A stretch of DNA of 64,000 nucleotides from Eledone cirrhosa (taxonomy: Eukaryota): assembly GCA_964016885.1 (NCBI GenBank), contig CAXHJY010000955.1, positions 124,001 through 188,000 of the forward strand, read 5' to 3'. A program made the position numbers and the translations under genes. This document shows positions 31,101-43,249 of the stretch, piece after piece. Every line of letters starts with the position of its first letter. Positions within the stretch are counted from its first letter, which is position 1. The notes under the pieces were generated by a model. That model saw only the letters and a program-made list of their open reading frames with translations. It did no database searches and had not been told where the DNA came from.

Positions 31101-34100
31101 ATTGGTGTAAAGTTGGGAATAGAAATATATTGGAGTAAAGTTGGGAATAGAAATATATTGGTGCAAAGTTGAAATAGAAATATATTGGTGTAAAGTTGGA
31201 ATAGAAATATATTGGTGTAAAGTTGGAATAGAAATATATTGGTGTAATGTTGGGAATAGAAATATATTGGTGTAAAGTTGGAATAGAAATATATTGGTGT
31301 AAAGTTGGGAATAGAAATATATTGGAGTAAGGTTGGAATAGAAATATATTGGTGTAATGTTGGAATAGAAATATATTGGTGGAAAGTTGGGAATAGAAAT
31401 ATATTGGTGTAAAGTTGGGAATAGAAATATATTGGTGTAATGTTGGAATAGAAATATATTGGTGTTAAGTTGGAATAGAAATATATCGGTGTAAAGTTGG
31501 AATAGAAATATATTGGTGTAAAGTTGGGAATAGAAATATATTGGAGTAAGGTTGAAATAGAAATATATTGGTGTAAAGTTGGGAATAGAAATATATTGGT
31601 GTAAAGTTGGGAATAGAAATATATTGGTGTAAAGTTGGGAATAGAAATATTTTGGTGTAAAGTTGAGAATAGAAATATATTGGTGTAAAGTTGGAATAGA
31701 AATATATTGGTGTAAAGTTGGGAATTGAAATATATTGGTGTAAAGTTGGGAATAGAAATATTTTGGTGTAAAGTTGGGAATAGAAATATATTGGTGTAAA
31801 GTTGGGAATAGAAATATATTGGTGTAAAGTTGGAATAGAAATATATTGGAGTAAAGTTGGGAATAGAAATATATTGGTGTAAAGTTGGGAATAGAAATAT
31901 ATTGGTGTAAAGTTGGAATAGAAATTAATTGGAATAAAGTTGGGAATAGAAATATATTGGTGTAAAGTTGGAATAGAAATATATTGGTGTAAAGTTGGAA
32001 TAGAAATATATTGGTGTAAAGTTGGAAATAGAAATATATTGGTGTAAAGTTGGAATAGAAATATATTGGTGTAAATTTGGGTATAGAAACATATTGGTGT
32101 AAAGTTGGAATAGAAATATATGGTGTAAAGTTGGAATAGAAATATATTGGTGTAAAGTTAGAATAGAAATATATTGGTTTAAAATTGGGAATAGAAATAT
32201 ATTGGTGAATAGTTGGGAATAGAAATATATCGGTGGAATGTTGGGAATAGAAATATATTGGTGTAAAGTTGGGTATAGAAATATATTGGTGTAAAGTTGG
32301 AATAGAAATATATTGGTGTAAATTTGGGAATAGGAATATATTGGTGTAAAGTTGGAATAGAAATATATGGTGTAAAGTTGGAATAGAAATATATTGGTGT
32401 AAAGTTAGGAATAGAAATATATTGGAGTAAGGTTGAAATAGAAATATATTGGTGTAAAGTTGGAGTAGAAATATAATGGTGTAAAGTTGGGAATAGAAAT
32501 ATATTGGTGTAAAGTTGGGAATAGAAATATATTGGTGTAAAGTTGGAATAGAAATATATTGGTGTAAAGTTAGGAATAGAAATATATTGGAGTAAGGTTG
32601 AAATAGAAATATATTGGTGTAAAGTTGGGAATAGAAATATATTGGTGTAAATTTGGGAATAGAAATACTTTGGTGTAAAGTTGGAAATAGAAATATATTG
32701 GTGTAAAATTGGAATAGAAATATATTGGTGTAAAGTTGGGAATAGAAATATATTGGAATGAGGTTGGAATAGAAATATATTGGTGTAAAGTTAGAATAGA
32801 AATATATTGGTGTAAAGTTAGGAATAGAAATATATTGGTGTAAAGTTGGGAATAGGAATATATTGGTGTAAAGTTGGAATAGAAATATATGGTGTAAAGT
32901 TGGAATAGAAAAATATTGGTGTAAAGTTAGAATAGAAATATATTGGTTTAAAACTGGGAATAGAAATATATTGGTGAATAGTTGGGAATAGAAATATATC
33001 GGTGGAATGTTGGGAATAGAAATATATTGGTGTAAAGTTGGGTATAGAAATATATTGGTGTAAAGTTGGAATAGAAATATATTGGTGTAATGTTGGGAAT
33101 AGAAATATATTGGTGTAAAGTTGGAATAGAAATATATTGGTGTAAAGTTGGGAATAGAAATATATTGGAGTAAGGTTGGAATAGTAATATATTGGTGTAA
33201 AGTTGGGAATAGAAATATATTGGAGTAAGGTTGAAATAGAAATATATTGGTGTAACGTTGGGAATAGAAATATATTGGAGTAAAGTTGGGAATAGAAATA
33301 TATTGGTGCAAAGTTGAAATAGAAATATATTGGTGTAAAGTTGGAATAGAAATATATTGGTGTAAAGTTGGAATAGAAATATATTGGTGTAATGTTGGGA
33401 ATAGAAATATATTGGTGTAAAGTTGGAATAGAAATATATTGGTGTAAAGTTGGGAATAGAAATATATTGGAGTAAGGTTGGAATAGTAATATATTGGTGT
33501 AAAGTTGGGAATAGAAATATATTGGTGTAAAGTTGGGAATAGAAATATTTTGGTGTAAAGTTGGGAATAGAAATATATTGGTGTAAAGTTGGGAATAGAA
33601 ATATATTGGTGTAAAGTTGGAATAGAAATATATTGGAGTAAAGTTGGGAATAGAAATATATTGGTGTAAAGTTGGGAATAGAAATATATTGGTGTAAAGT
33701 TGGAATAGAAATTAATTGGAATAAAGTTGGGAATAGAAATATATTGGTGTAAAGTTGGAATAGAAATATATTGGTGTAAAGTTGGAATAGAAATATATTG
33801 GTGTAAAGTTGGAAATAGAAATATATTGGTGTAAAGTTGGGATAGAAATATATTGGTGTAAATTTGGGTATAGAAATATATTGGTGTAAAGTTGGAATAG
33901 AAATATATGGTGTAAAGTTGAAATAGAAATATATTGGTGTAAAGTTAGAATAGAAATATATTGGTTTAAAATTGGGAATAGAAATATATTGGTGAATAGT
34001 TGGGAATAGAAATATATCGGTGGAATGTTGGGAATAGAAATATATTGGTGTAAAGTTGGGTATAGAAATGTATTGGTGTAAAGTTGGAATAGAAATATAT

Positions 34101-37100
34101 TGGTGTCAAGTTGGAATAGAAATATATTGGTGTAAAGTTGGGAATAGGAATATATTGGTGTAAAGTTGGAATAGAAATATATTGGAGTAAGGTTGAAATA
34201 GAAATATATTGGTGTAAAGTTGGAATAGAAATATAATGGTGTAAAGTTGGGAATAGAAATATATTGGTGTAAAGTTGGGAATAGAAATATATTGGTGTAA
34301 AGTTGGAATAGAAATATATTGGTGTAAAGTTAGGAATAGAAATATATTGGAGTAAGGTTGAAATAGAAATATATTGGTGTAAAGTTGGAATAGAAATATA
34401 TTGGTGTAAAGGTAGAATAGAAATATATTGGTGTAAAGTTAGGAATAGAAATATATTGGTGTAAAGTTGGGAATAGGAATATATTGGTGTAAAGTTGGAA
34501 TAGAAATATATGGTGTAAAGTTGGAATAGAAATACATTGGTGTAAAGTTGGAATAGAAATATATTTGTGTAAATTTGGAATAGAAATATATTGTTGTAAA
34601 TTTGGGAATAGAAATATATTGGTGTAAAGTTGGAATAGAAATATATTGGTGTAAAGTTGGAATAGAAATATATTGGTGTAAAGTTGGGAATAGAAATATA
34701 TTGGTGTAAAGTTGGGAATAGAAATATATAGGTGTAAAGTTGGGAATAGAAATATATTGGAGTAAGGTTGGAATAGAAATATATTGGTGTAAAGTTGGAA
34801 TAGAAATATATTGGTGTAAAGTTGGAAATAGAAATATATTGGTGTGAAGTTGGGAATAGAAATAGAATGGTGTAAAGTTGGAATAGAAATATATTGGTGT
34901 AAAGTTGGAATAGAAATATATGGTGTTAAGTTGGAATAGAAATACATTGGTGTAAAGATGGAATAGAAATATATTTGTGTAAATTTGGAATAGAAATATA
35001 TTGGTGTAAATTTGGGAATAGAAATATATTGGTGTAAAGTTGGAATAGAAATATATTGGTGTAAAGTTGGGAATAGAAATATTTTGGGGTAAGGTTGAAA
35101 TAGAAATATATTGGTGTAAAGTTGGGAATAGAAATATATTGGTGTAAAGTTGGGAATAGAAATATATTGGTGTAAAGTTAGAATAGAAATATATTGGTGT
35201 AAAGTTGGAATAGAAATATATTGGTGTAAAGTTGGAATAGAAATATGTTGGTGTAAAGTTGGAATAGAAATATAATGGTGTAAAGTTGGGAATAGAAATA
35301 TATTGGTGCAAAGTTGGGAATAGAAATATTTTGGTGTAAAGTTGGGAATAGAAATATACTGGTGTAAAGTTGGCGATAGAAATATTATGGTGTAAAGTTG
35401 GGAATAGAAATATATTGGTGTAAAGTTGGGTATAGAAATATATTGGTGTAAAGTTGGAATAGAAATATATGGTGTAATGTTGGAATAGAAATATATTGGT
35501 GTAAAGTTAGAATAGAAATATATTGGTGTAAAATTGGGAATAGAAATATATTGGTGTAAAGTTGGGAATAGAAATATATTGGTGTAAAGTTGGAATAGAA
35601 ATATATTGGTATAAAGTTGGGAATAGAAATATATTGGAGTAAGGTTGAAAAAGAAATATAGTGGTGTAAATTTGGGAATAGAAATATATTGGTGTAAAGT
35701 TGGGAATAGAAATATATTGGTGTAAAGTTGGGAATAGAAATATATTGGTGTAAAGTTGGGAATAGAAATATATTGGTGTAAAGTTGGAATAGAAATATGT
35801 TGGTGTAAAGTTGGAATAGAAATATAATGGTGTAAAGTTGGGAATAGAAATATATTGGTGCAAAGTTGGGAATAGAAATATATTGGCGTAAAGTTGGGAA
35901 TAGAAATATATTGGTGTAAAGTTGGGAATAGAAATATATTGGAGTAAAGTTGGGAATAGAAATATATTGGTGCAAAGTTGGAATAGAAATATATTGGTGT
36001 AAAGTTGGGAATAGAAATATATTGGTGTAAAGTTGGGAATAGAAATATATTGGTGCGAAATTGGAATAGAAATATATTGGTGTAAAGTTGGGAATAGAAA
36101 TATATTGGAGTAAAGTTGGGAATAGAAATATATTGGTGCAAAGTTGAAATAGAAATATATTGGTGTAAAGTTGGAATAGAAATATATTGGTGTAAAGTTG
36201 GAATAGAAATATATTGGTGTAATGTTGGGAATAGAAATATATTGGTGTAAAGTTGGAATAGAAATATATTGGTGTAAAGTTGGGAATAGAAATATATTGG
36301 AGTAAGGTTGGAATAGAAATATATTGGTGTAATGTTGGAATAGAAATATATTGGTGGAAAGTTGGGAATAGAAATATATTGGTGTAAAGTTGGGAATAGA
36401 AATATATTGGTGTAATGTTGGAATAGAAATATATTGGTGTTAAGTTGGAATAGAAATATATCGGTGTAAAGTTGGAATAGAAATATATTGGTGTAAAGTT
36501 GGGAATAGAAATATATTGGAGTAAGGTTGAAATAGAAATATATTGGTGTAAAGTTGGGAATAGAAATATATTGGTGTAAAGTTGGGAATAGAAATATATT
36601 GGTGTAAAGTTGGAATAGAAATATATTGGAGTAAAGTTGGGAATAGAAATATATTGGTGTAAAGTTGGGAATAGAAATATATTGGTGTAAAGTTTGAATA
36701 GAAATTAATTGGAATAAAGTTGGGAATAGAAATATATTGGTGTAAAGTTGGAATAGAAATATATTGGTGTAAAGTTGGAATAGAAATATATTGGTGTAAA
36801 GTTGGAAATAGAAATATATTGGTGTAAAGTTGGAATAGAAATATATTGGTGTAAATTTGGGTATAGAAACATATTGGTGTAAAGTTGGAATAGAAATATA
36901 TGGTGTAAAGTTGGAATAGAAATATATTGGTGTAAAGTTAGAATAGAAATATATTGGTTTAAAATTGGGAATAGAAATATATTGGTGAATAGTTGGGAAT
37001 AGAAATATATCGGTGGAATGTTGGGAATAGAAATATATTGGTGTAAAGTTGGGTATAGAAATATATTGGTGTAAAGTTGGAATAGAAATATATTGGTGTA

Positions 37101-38210
37101 AAGTTGGGAATAGGAATATATTGGTGTAAAGTTGGAATAGAAATATATGGTGTAAAGTTGGAATAGAAATATATTGGTGTAAAGTTAGGAATAGAAATAT
37201 ATTGGAGTAAGGTTGAAATAGAAATATATTGGTGTAAAGTTGGAGTAGTAATATAATGGTGTAAAGTTGGGAATAGAAATATATTGGTGTAAAGTTGGGA
37301 ATAGAAATATATTGGTGTAAAGTTGGAATAGAAATATATTGGTGTAAAGTTAGGAATAGAAATATATTGGAGTAAGGTTGAAATAGAAATATATTGGTGT
37401 AAAGTTGGGAATAGAAATATATTGGTGTAAATTTGGGAATAGAAATACTTTGGTGTAAAGTTGGAAATAGAAATATATTGGTGTAAAATTGGAATAGAAA
37501 TATATTGGTGTAAAGTTGGGAATAGAAATATATTGGAATGAGGTTGGAATAGAAATATATTGGTGTAAAGTTAGAATAGAAATATATTGGTGTAAAGTTA
37601 GGAATAGAAATATATTGGTGTAAAGTTGGGAATAGGAATATATTGGTGTAAAGTTGGAATAGAAATATATGGTGTAAAGTTGGAATAGAAATATATTGGT
37701 GTAAAGTTAGAATAGAAATATATTGGTTTAAAACTGGGAATAGAAATATATTGGTGAATAGTTGGGAATAGAAATATATCGGTGGAATGTTGGGAATAGA
37801 AATATATTGGTGTAAAGTTGGGTATAGAAATATATTGGTGTAAAGTTGGAATAGAAATATATTGGTGTAAAGTTGGAATAGAAATATATTGGTGTAAAGT
37901 TGGGAATAGGAATATATTGGTGTAAAGTTGGAATAGAAATATATTGGTGTAAAGTTAAGAATAGAAATATATTGGAGTAAGGTTGAAATAGAAATATATT
38001 GGTGTAAAGTGGGAATAGAAATATAATGGTGTAAAGTTGGGAATAGAAATATATTGGTGTAAAGTTGGGAATAGAAATGTATTGGTGTAAAGTTGGAATA
38101 GAAATATATTGGTGTAAAGTTAGGAATAGAAATATATTGGAGTAAGGTTGAAATAGAAATATATTGGTGTAAAGTTGGAATAGAAATATATTGGTGTAAA
38201 GTTGGGAATA
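28090..38210 (+). repeat. Two further tandem copies (period 4975) of the ~5-kb block 18750-24100
   Basis: ORF ends at 20016, 29355 and 34330 (offsets 9339 and 4975). GTTAAGAATAG near 23835/37954. The last copy lacks about 195 bp near 36600. Confidence 0.82.
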
Positions 38211-41200
38211 GAAATATATTGGTGTAAAGTTGGGAATAGAAATATTTTGGTGTAAAGTTGGAAATAGAAATATATTGGTGTACAATTGGAATAGAAATAT
38301 ATTGGTGTAAAGTTGGGAATAGAAATATATTGGAATGAGGTTGGAATAGAAATATATTGGTGTAAAGTTAGAATAGAAATATATTGGTGTAAAGTTAGGA
38401 ATAGAAATGTATTGGTGTAAAGTTGGGAATAGGAATATATTGGTGTAAAGTTGGAATAGAAATATATGGTGTAAAGTTGGAATAGAAATACATTGGTGTA
38501 AAGTTGAAATAGAAATATATTTGTGTAAATCTGGAATAGAAATATATTGGTGTAAATTTGGGAATAGAAATATATTGGTGTAAAGTTGGAATAGAAGTAT
38601 ATTGGTGTAAAGTTGGAATAGAAATATATTGGTGTAAAGTTGGGAATAGAAATATATTGGTGTAAAGTTGGGAATAGAAATATTTTGGTGTAAAGTTGGG
38701 AATAGAAATATACTGGTGTAAAGTTGGCGATAGAAATATTATGGTGTAAAGTTGGGAACAGAAATATATTGGTGTAAAGTTGGAATATAAATATATTGGT
38801 GTATAGTTGGGAATAGAAATATATAGGTGTAAAGTTGGAACAGAAATATATTGGTGTAAAGTTTGAATAGAAATATATTGGTGTAAAGTTGGGAATAGAA
38901 ATATGTTGGTGTAAAGTTGGAATAGAAATATATGGTGTAAAGTGGGAATAGAAATATATTGGTGTAAAGTTGGAATAGAAATATATTGGTGTAAAGTTGG
39001 AATAGAAATATATTGGTGTAAAGTTGAGAATAGAAATATATTGGTGTAAAGTTGGAATAGAAATATATGGTGTAAAGTTGGAATAGAAATACATTGGTGT
39101 AAAGATGGAATAGAAATATATTTGTGTAAATTTGGAATAGAAATATATTGGTGTAAATTTGGGAATAGAAATATATTGGTGTAAAGTTGGAATAGAAATA
39201 TATTGGTGTAAAGTTGGGAATAGAAATATATTGGTGTAAAGTTGGGAATAGAAATATATTGGTGTAAAGTTGGAATAGAAATTAATTGGAATAAAGTTGG
39301 GAATAGAAATATATTGGTGTAAAGTTGGAATAGAAATATATTGGTGTAAAGTTGGAATAGAAATATATTGGTGTAAAGTTGGAAATAGAAATATATTGGT
39401 GTAAAGTTGGAATAGAAATATATTGGTGTAAATTTGGGTATAGAAATATATTGGTGTAAAGTTGGAATAGAAATATATGGTGTAAAGTTGGAATAGAAAT
39501 ATATTGGTGTAAAGTTAGAATAGAAATATATTGGTTTAAAATTGGGAATAGAAATATATTGGTGAATAGTTGGGAATAGAAATATATCGGTGGAATGTTG
39601 GGAATAGAAATATATTGGTGTAAAGTTGGGTATAGAAATATATTGGTGTAAAGTTGGAATAGAAATATATTGGTGTAAAGTTGGAATAGAAATATATTGG
39701 TGTAAAGTTGGTAATAGGAATATATTGGTGTAAAGTTGGAATAGAAATATATTGGTGTAAAGTTAGGAATAGAAATATATTGGAGTAAGGTTGAAATAGA
39801 AATATATTGGTGTAAAGTTGGAATAGAAATATAATGGTGTAAAGTTGGGAATAGAAATATATTGGTGTAAAGTTGGGAATAGAAATATATTGGTGTAAAG
39901 TTGCAATAGAAATATATTGGTGTAAAGTTAGGAATAGAAATATATTGGAGTAAGGTTGAAATAGAAATATATTGGTGTAAAGTTGGAATAGAAATATATT
40001 GGTGTAAATTTGGAATAGAAATATATTGGTGTAAAGTTGGGAATAGAAACATATTGGTGTAAAGTTGGAACAGAAATATATTGGTGTAAAGTTTGAATAG
40101 AAATATATTGGTGTAAAGTTGGGAATAGAAATATGTTGGTGTAAAGTTGGGAATAGAAATATATTGGTGTAAAGTTGGCGATAGAAATATTATGGTGTAA
40201 AGTTGGGAATAGAAATATATTGGTGTAAAATTGGAATAGAAATATATAGGTGTAAAGTTGGGAATAGAAATATATTGGAGTAAGGTTGGAATAGAAATAT
40301 ATTGGTGTAAAGTTGGAATAGAAATATATTGGTGTAAAGTTGGAAATAGAAATATATTGGTGTAAAGTTGGGAATAGAAATATAATGGTGTAAAGTTGGA
40401 ATAGAAATATATTGGTGTAAAGTTGGAATAGAAATATATGGTGTAAAGTTGGAATAGAAATACATTGGTGTAAAGATGGAATAGAAATATATTTGTGTAA
40501 ATTTGGAATAGAAATATATTGGTGTAAATTTGGGAATAGAAATATATTGGTGAAAAGTTGAAATAGAAATATATTGGTGTAAAGTTGGAATAGAAATATA
40601 TTGGTCTAAAGTTGGAAATAGAAATATATTGGTGTAAAGTTGGGAATAGAAATATATTGGTGTAAAGTCGGAATAGAAATATATTGGAGTAAGGTTGGAA
40701 TAGAAATATATTGGTGTAAAGTTGGAATAGAAATATATTGGTGTAAAGTTGGAAATAGAAATATATTGGTGTAAATTTGGGAATAGAAATATAATGGTGT
40801 AAAGTTGGAATAGAAATATATTGGTGTAAAGTTGGAATAAAAATATATGGTGTAAAGTTGGAATAGAAATATATTGGTGTAAAGTTGGGAATAGAAATAT
40901 ATTGGTGTAAAGTTGGAATAGAAATATATAGGTGTAAAGTTGGAATAGAAATATAATGGTGTAAAGTTGGGAATAGAAATATATTGGTGCAAAGTTGGGA
41001 ATAGAAATATATTGGAGTAAAGTTGGGAATAGAAATATATTGGTGTAAAGTTGGGAATAGAAATATACTGGAGTAAAGTTGGGAATAGAAATATATTGGT
41101 GCAAAGTTGGAATAGAAATATATTGGTGTAAAGTTGGGAATAGAAATATATGGTGTAAAGTTGGAATAGAAATACATTGGTGTAAAGATGGAATAGAAAT

Positions 41201-41452
41201 ATATTTGTGTAAATTTGGAATAGAAATATTTTGGTGTAAATTTGGGAATAGAAATATATTGGTGAAAAGTTGGAATAGAAATATATTGGTGTAAAGTTGG
41301 GAATAGAAATATATTGGAGTAAAGTTGAAATAGAAATATATTGGTGTAAAGTTGCGAATAGAAATATATTGGTGTAAAGTTGGGAATAGAAATATATTGG
41401 TGTAAAGTTGGAATAGAAATATATTGGTGTAAAGTTGGAATAGAAATATAAT

Positions 41453-41624
41453 TGTTTCTACTTTAGGCACAAGGCCAGCAATTACCAGTGCATTACTGGT
41501 ACTTTATTTTATCGACCCCGTAAGGATGAAAGGCAAAGTCAACCTCGGCGGGATTTGAACTCAGATGGTAAAGGGACGTAACTATGCTGGAAAGCATGGC
41601 GTCCGACCCTCTACCGATACTGCC
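41453..41624 (-). mobile_element. tRNA-derived SINE-like insertion, copy 1 (172 bp, probably 5'-truncated)
   Basis: GC-richer non-satellite sequence flanked by direct repeats AATATAAT (41445-41452 and 41625-41632). The - strand has an A-box-like TGGCAGTATCGG and a B box GAGTTCAAATCC, followed by GCCTTTCATCCTTACGGGGTCGATAAAATAAAGTACCAG. No terminal inverted repeats and no ORF of its own. Confidence 0.88.
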
Positions 41625-41625
41625 A
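41551..41625 (-). promoter_or_regulatory. Internal Pol III type-2 promoter motifs (A box 41614-41625, B box 41551-41562)
   Basis: On the - strand TGGCAGTATCGG approximates the A-box consensus TRGCNNARYGG. GAGTTCAAATCC contains GTTCAAATC, matching the B-box consensus GWTCRANNC. Order and orientation are correct, with a 51-bp gap. Activity is unknown. Confidence 0.7.
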
Positions 41626-43249
41626 ATATAATGGTGTAAAGTTGGGAATAGAAATATATTGGTGCAAAGTTGGGAATAGAAATATATTGGAGTAAAGTTG
41701 GGAATAGAAATATATTTGTGTAAAGTTGGGAATAGAAATATACTGGAGTAAAGTTGGGAATAGAAATATATTGGTGCAAAGTTGGAATAGAAATATATTG
41801 GTGTAAAGTTGGCGATAGAAATATTATGGTGTAAAGTTGGGAATAGAAATATATTGGTGTAAAGTTGGGAACAGAAATATATTGGTGTAAATTTGGAATA
41901 GAAATATATTGGTGTAAAGTTGGGAATAGAAACATATTGGTGTAAAGTTGGAATAGAAATATATTGGTGTAAATTTGGGAATAGAAATATATTGGTGTAA
42001 AGTTGGGAATAGAAATATGTTGGTGTAAAGTTGGAATAGAAATATATTGGTGTAAAGTTGAGAATAGAAATATATTGGTGTAAAGTCGGAATAGAAATAT
42101 ATTGGTGTAAAGTTGGAATAGAAATATATTGGTCTAAAGTTGGAAATAGAAATATATTGGTGTAAAGTTGGGAATAGAAATATATTGGTGTAAAGTTGGG
42201 AATAGAAATATATTGGTGTAAAATTGGAATAGAAATATATAGGTGTAAAGTTGGGAATAGAAATATATTGGAGTAAGGTTGGAATAGAAATATATTGGTG
42301 TAAAGTTGGAATAGAAATATATTGGTGTAAAGTTGGAAATAGAAATATAGTGGTGTAAAGTTGGGAATAGAAATATAATGGTGTAAAGTTGGAATAGAAA
42401 TATATTGGTGTAAAGTTGGAATAGAAATATATGGTGTAAAGTTGGAATAGAAATACATTGGTGTAAAGATGGAATAGAAATATATTTGTGTAAATTTGGA
42501 ATAGAAATATATTGGTGTAAAGTTGGAATAGAAATATATTGGTGTAAATTTGGGAATAGAAATATATTGGTGAAAAGTTGGAATAGAAATATATTGGTGT
42601 AAAGTTGGGAATAGAAATATATTGGAGTAAGCTTGAAATAGAAATATATTGGTGTAAAGTTGGGAATAGAAATATATTGGTGTAAAGTTGGGAATAGAAA
42701 TATATTGGTGTAAAGTTGGAATAGAAATATATTGGTGTAAAGTTGGAATAGAAATATAATGGTGTAAAGTTGGGAATAGAAATATATTGGTGCAAAGTTG
42801 GAATAGAAATATATTGGTGTAAAGTTGGGAATAGAAATATATCGGTGTAAAGTTGGGAATAGAAATATATTGGTGCAAAGTTGAAATAGAAATATATTGG
42901 TGTAAAGTTGGAATAGAAATATATTGGTGTAAAGTTGGAATAGAAATATATTGGTGTAAAGTTGGGAATAGAAATATATTGGTGTAAAGATGGAATAGAA
43001 ATATATTGGTGTAAATTTGGGAATAGAAATATATTGGAGTAAGGTTGGAATATAAATATATTGGTGTAATGTTGGAATAGAAATATATTGGTGTAAAGTT
43101 GGAAATAGAAATATATTGGTGTGAAGTTGGGAATAGAAATATAATGGTGTAAAGTTGGAATAGAAATACGTTGGTGTAAAGATGGAATAGAAATATATTT
43201 GTGTAAATTTGGAATAGAAATATATTGGTGTAAATTTGGGAATAGAAAT

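Noticed and set aside
41453-41624. hAT-type DNA transposon or MITE (8-bp TSD)
   Set aside because: The ends TGTTTC... and ...CTGCC are not inverted repeats, and the Pol III boxes favour a SINE.
41545-41632. Functional tRNA gene
   Set aside because: A and B boxes are present, but the 5' acceptor strand is missing, I could not fold a complete cloverleaf, and the TSD plus 3' body indicate a SINE.
41493-41935. ORFs with non-repetitive ends (GSIGRGSDAML..., LAVSVEGRTPCFPA) and the neighbouring MPKVET starts
   Set aside because: They are satellite frames reading into or out of the SINE, not genes.
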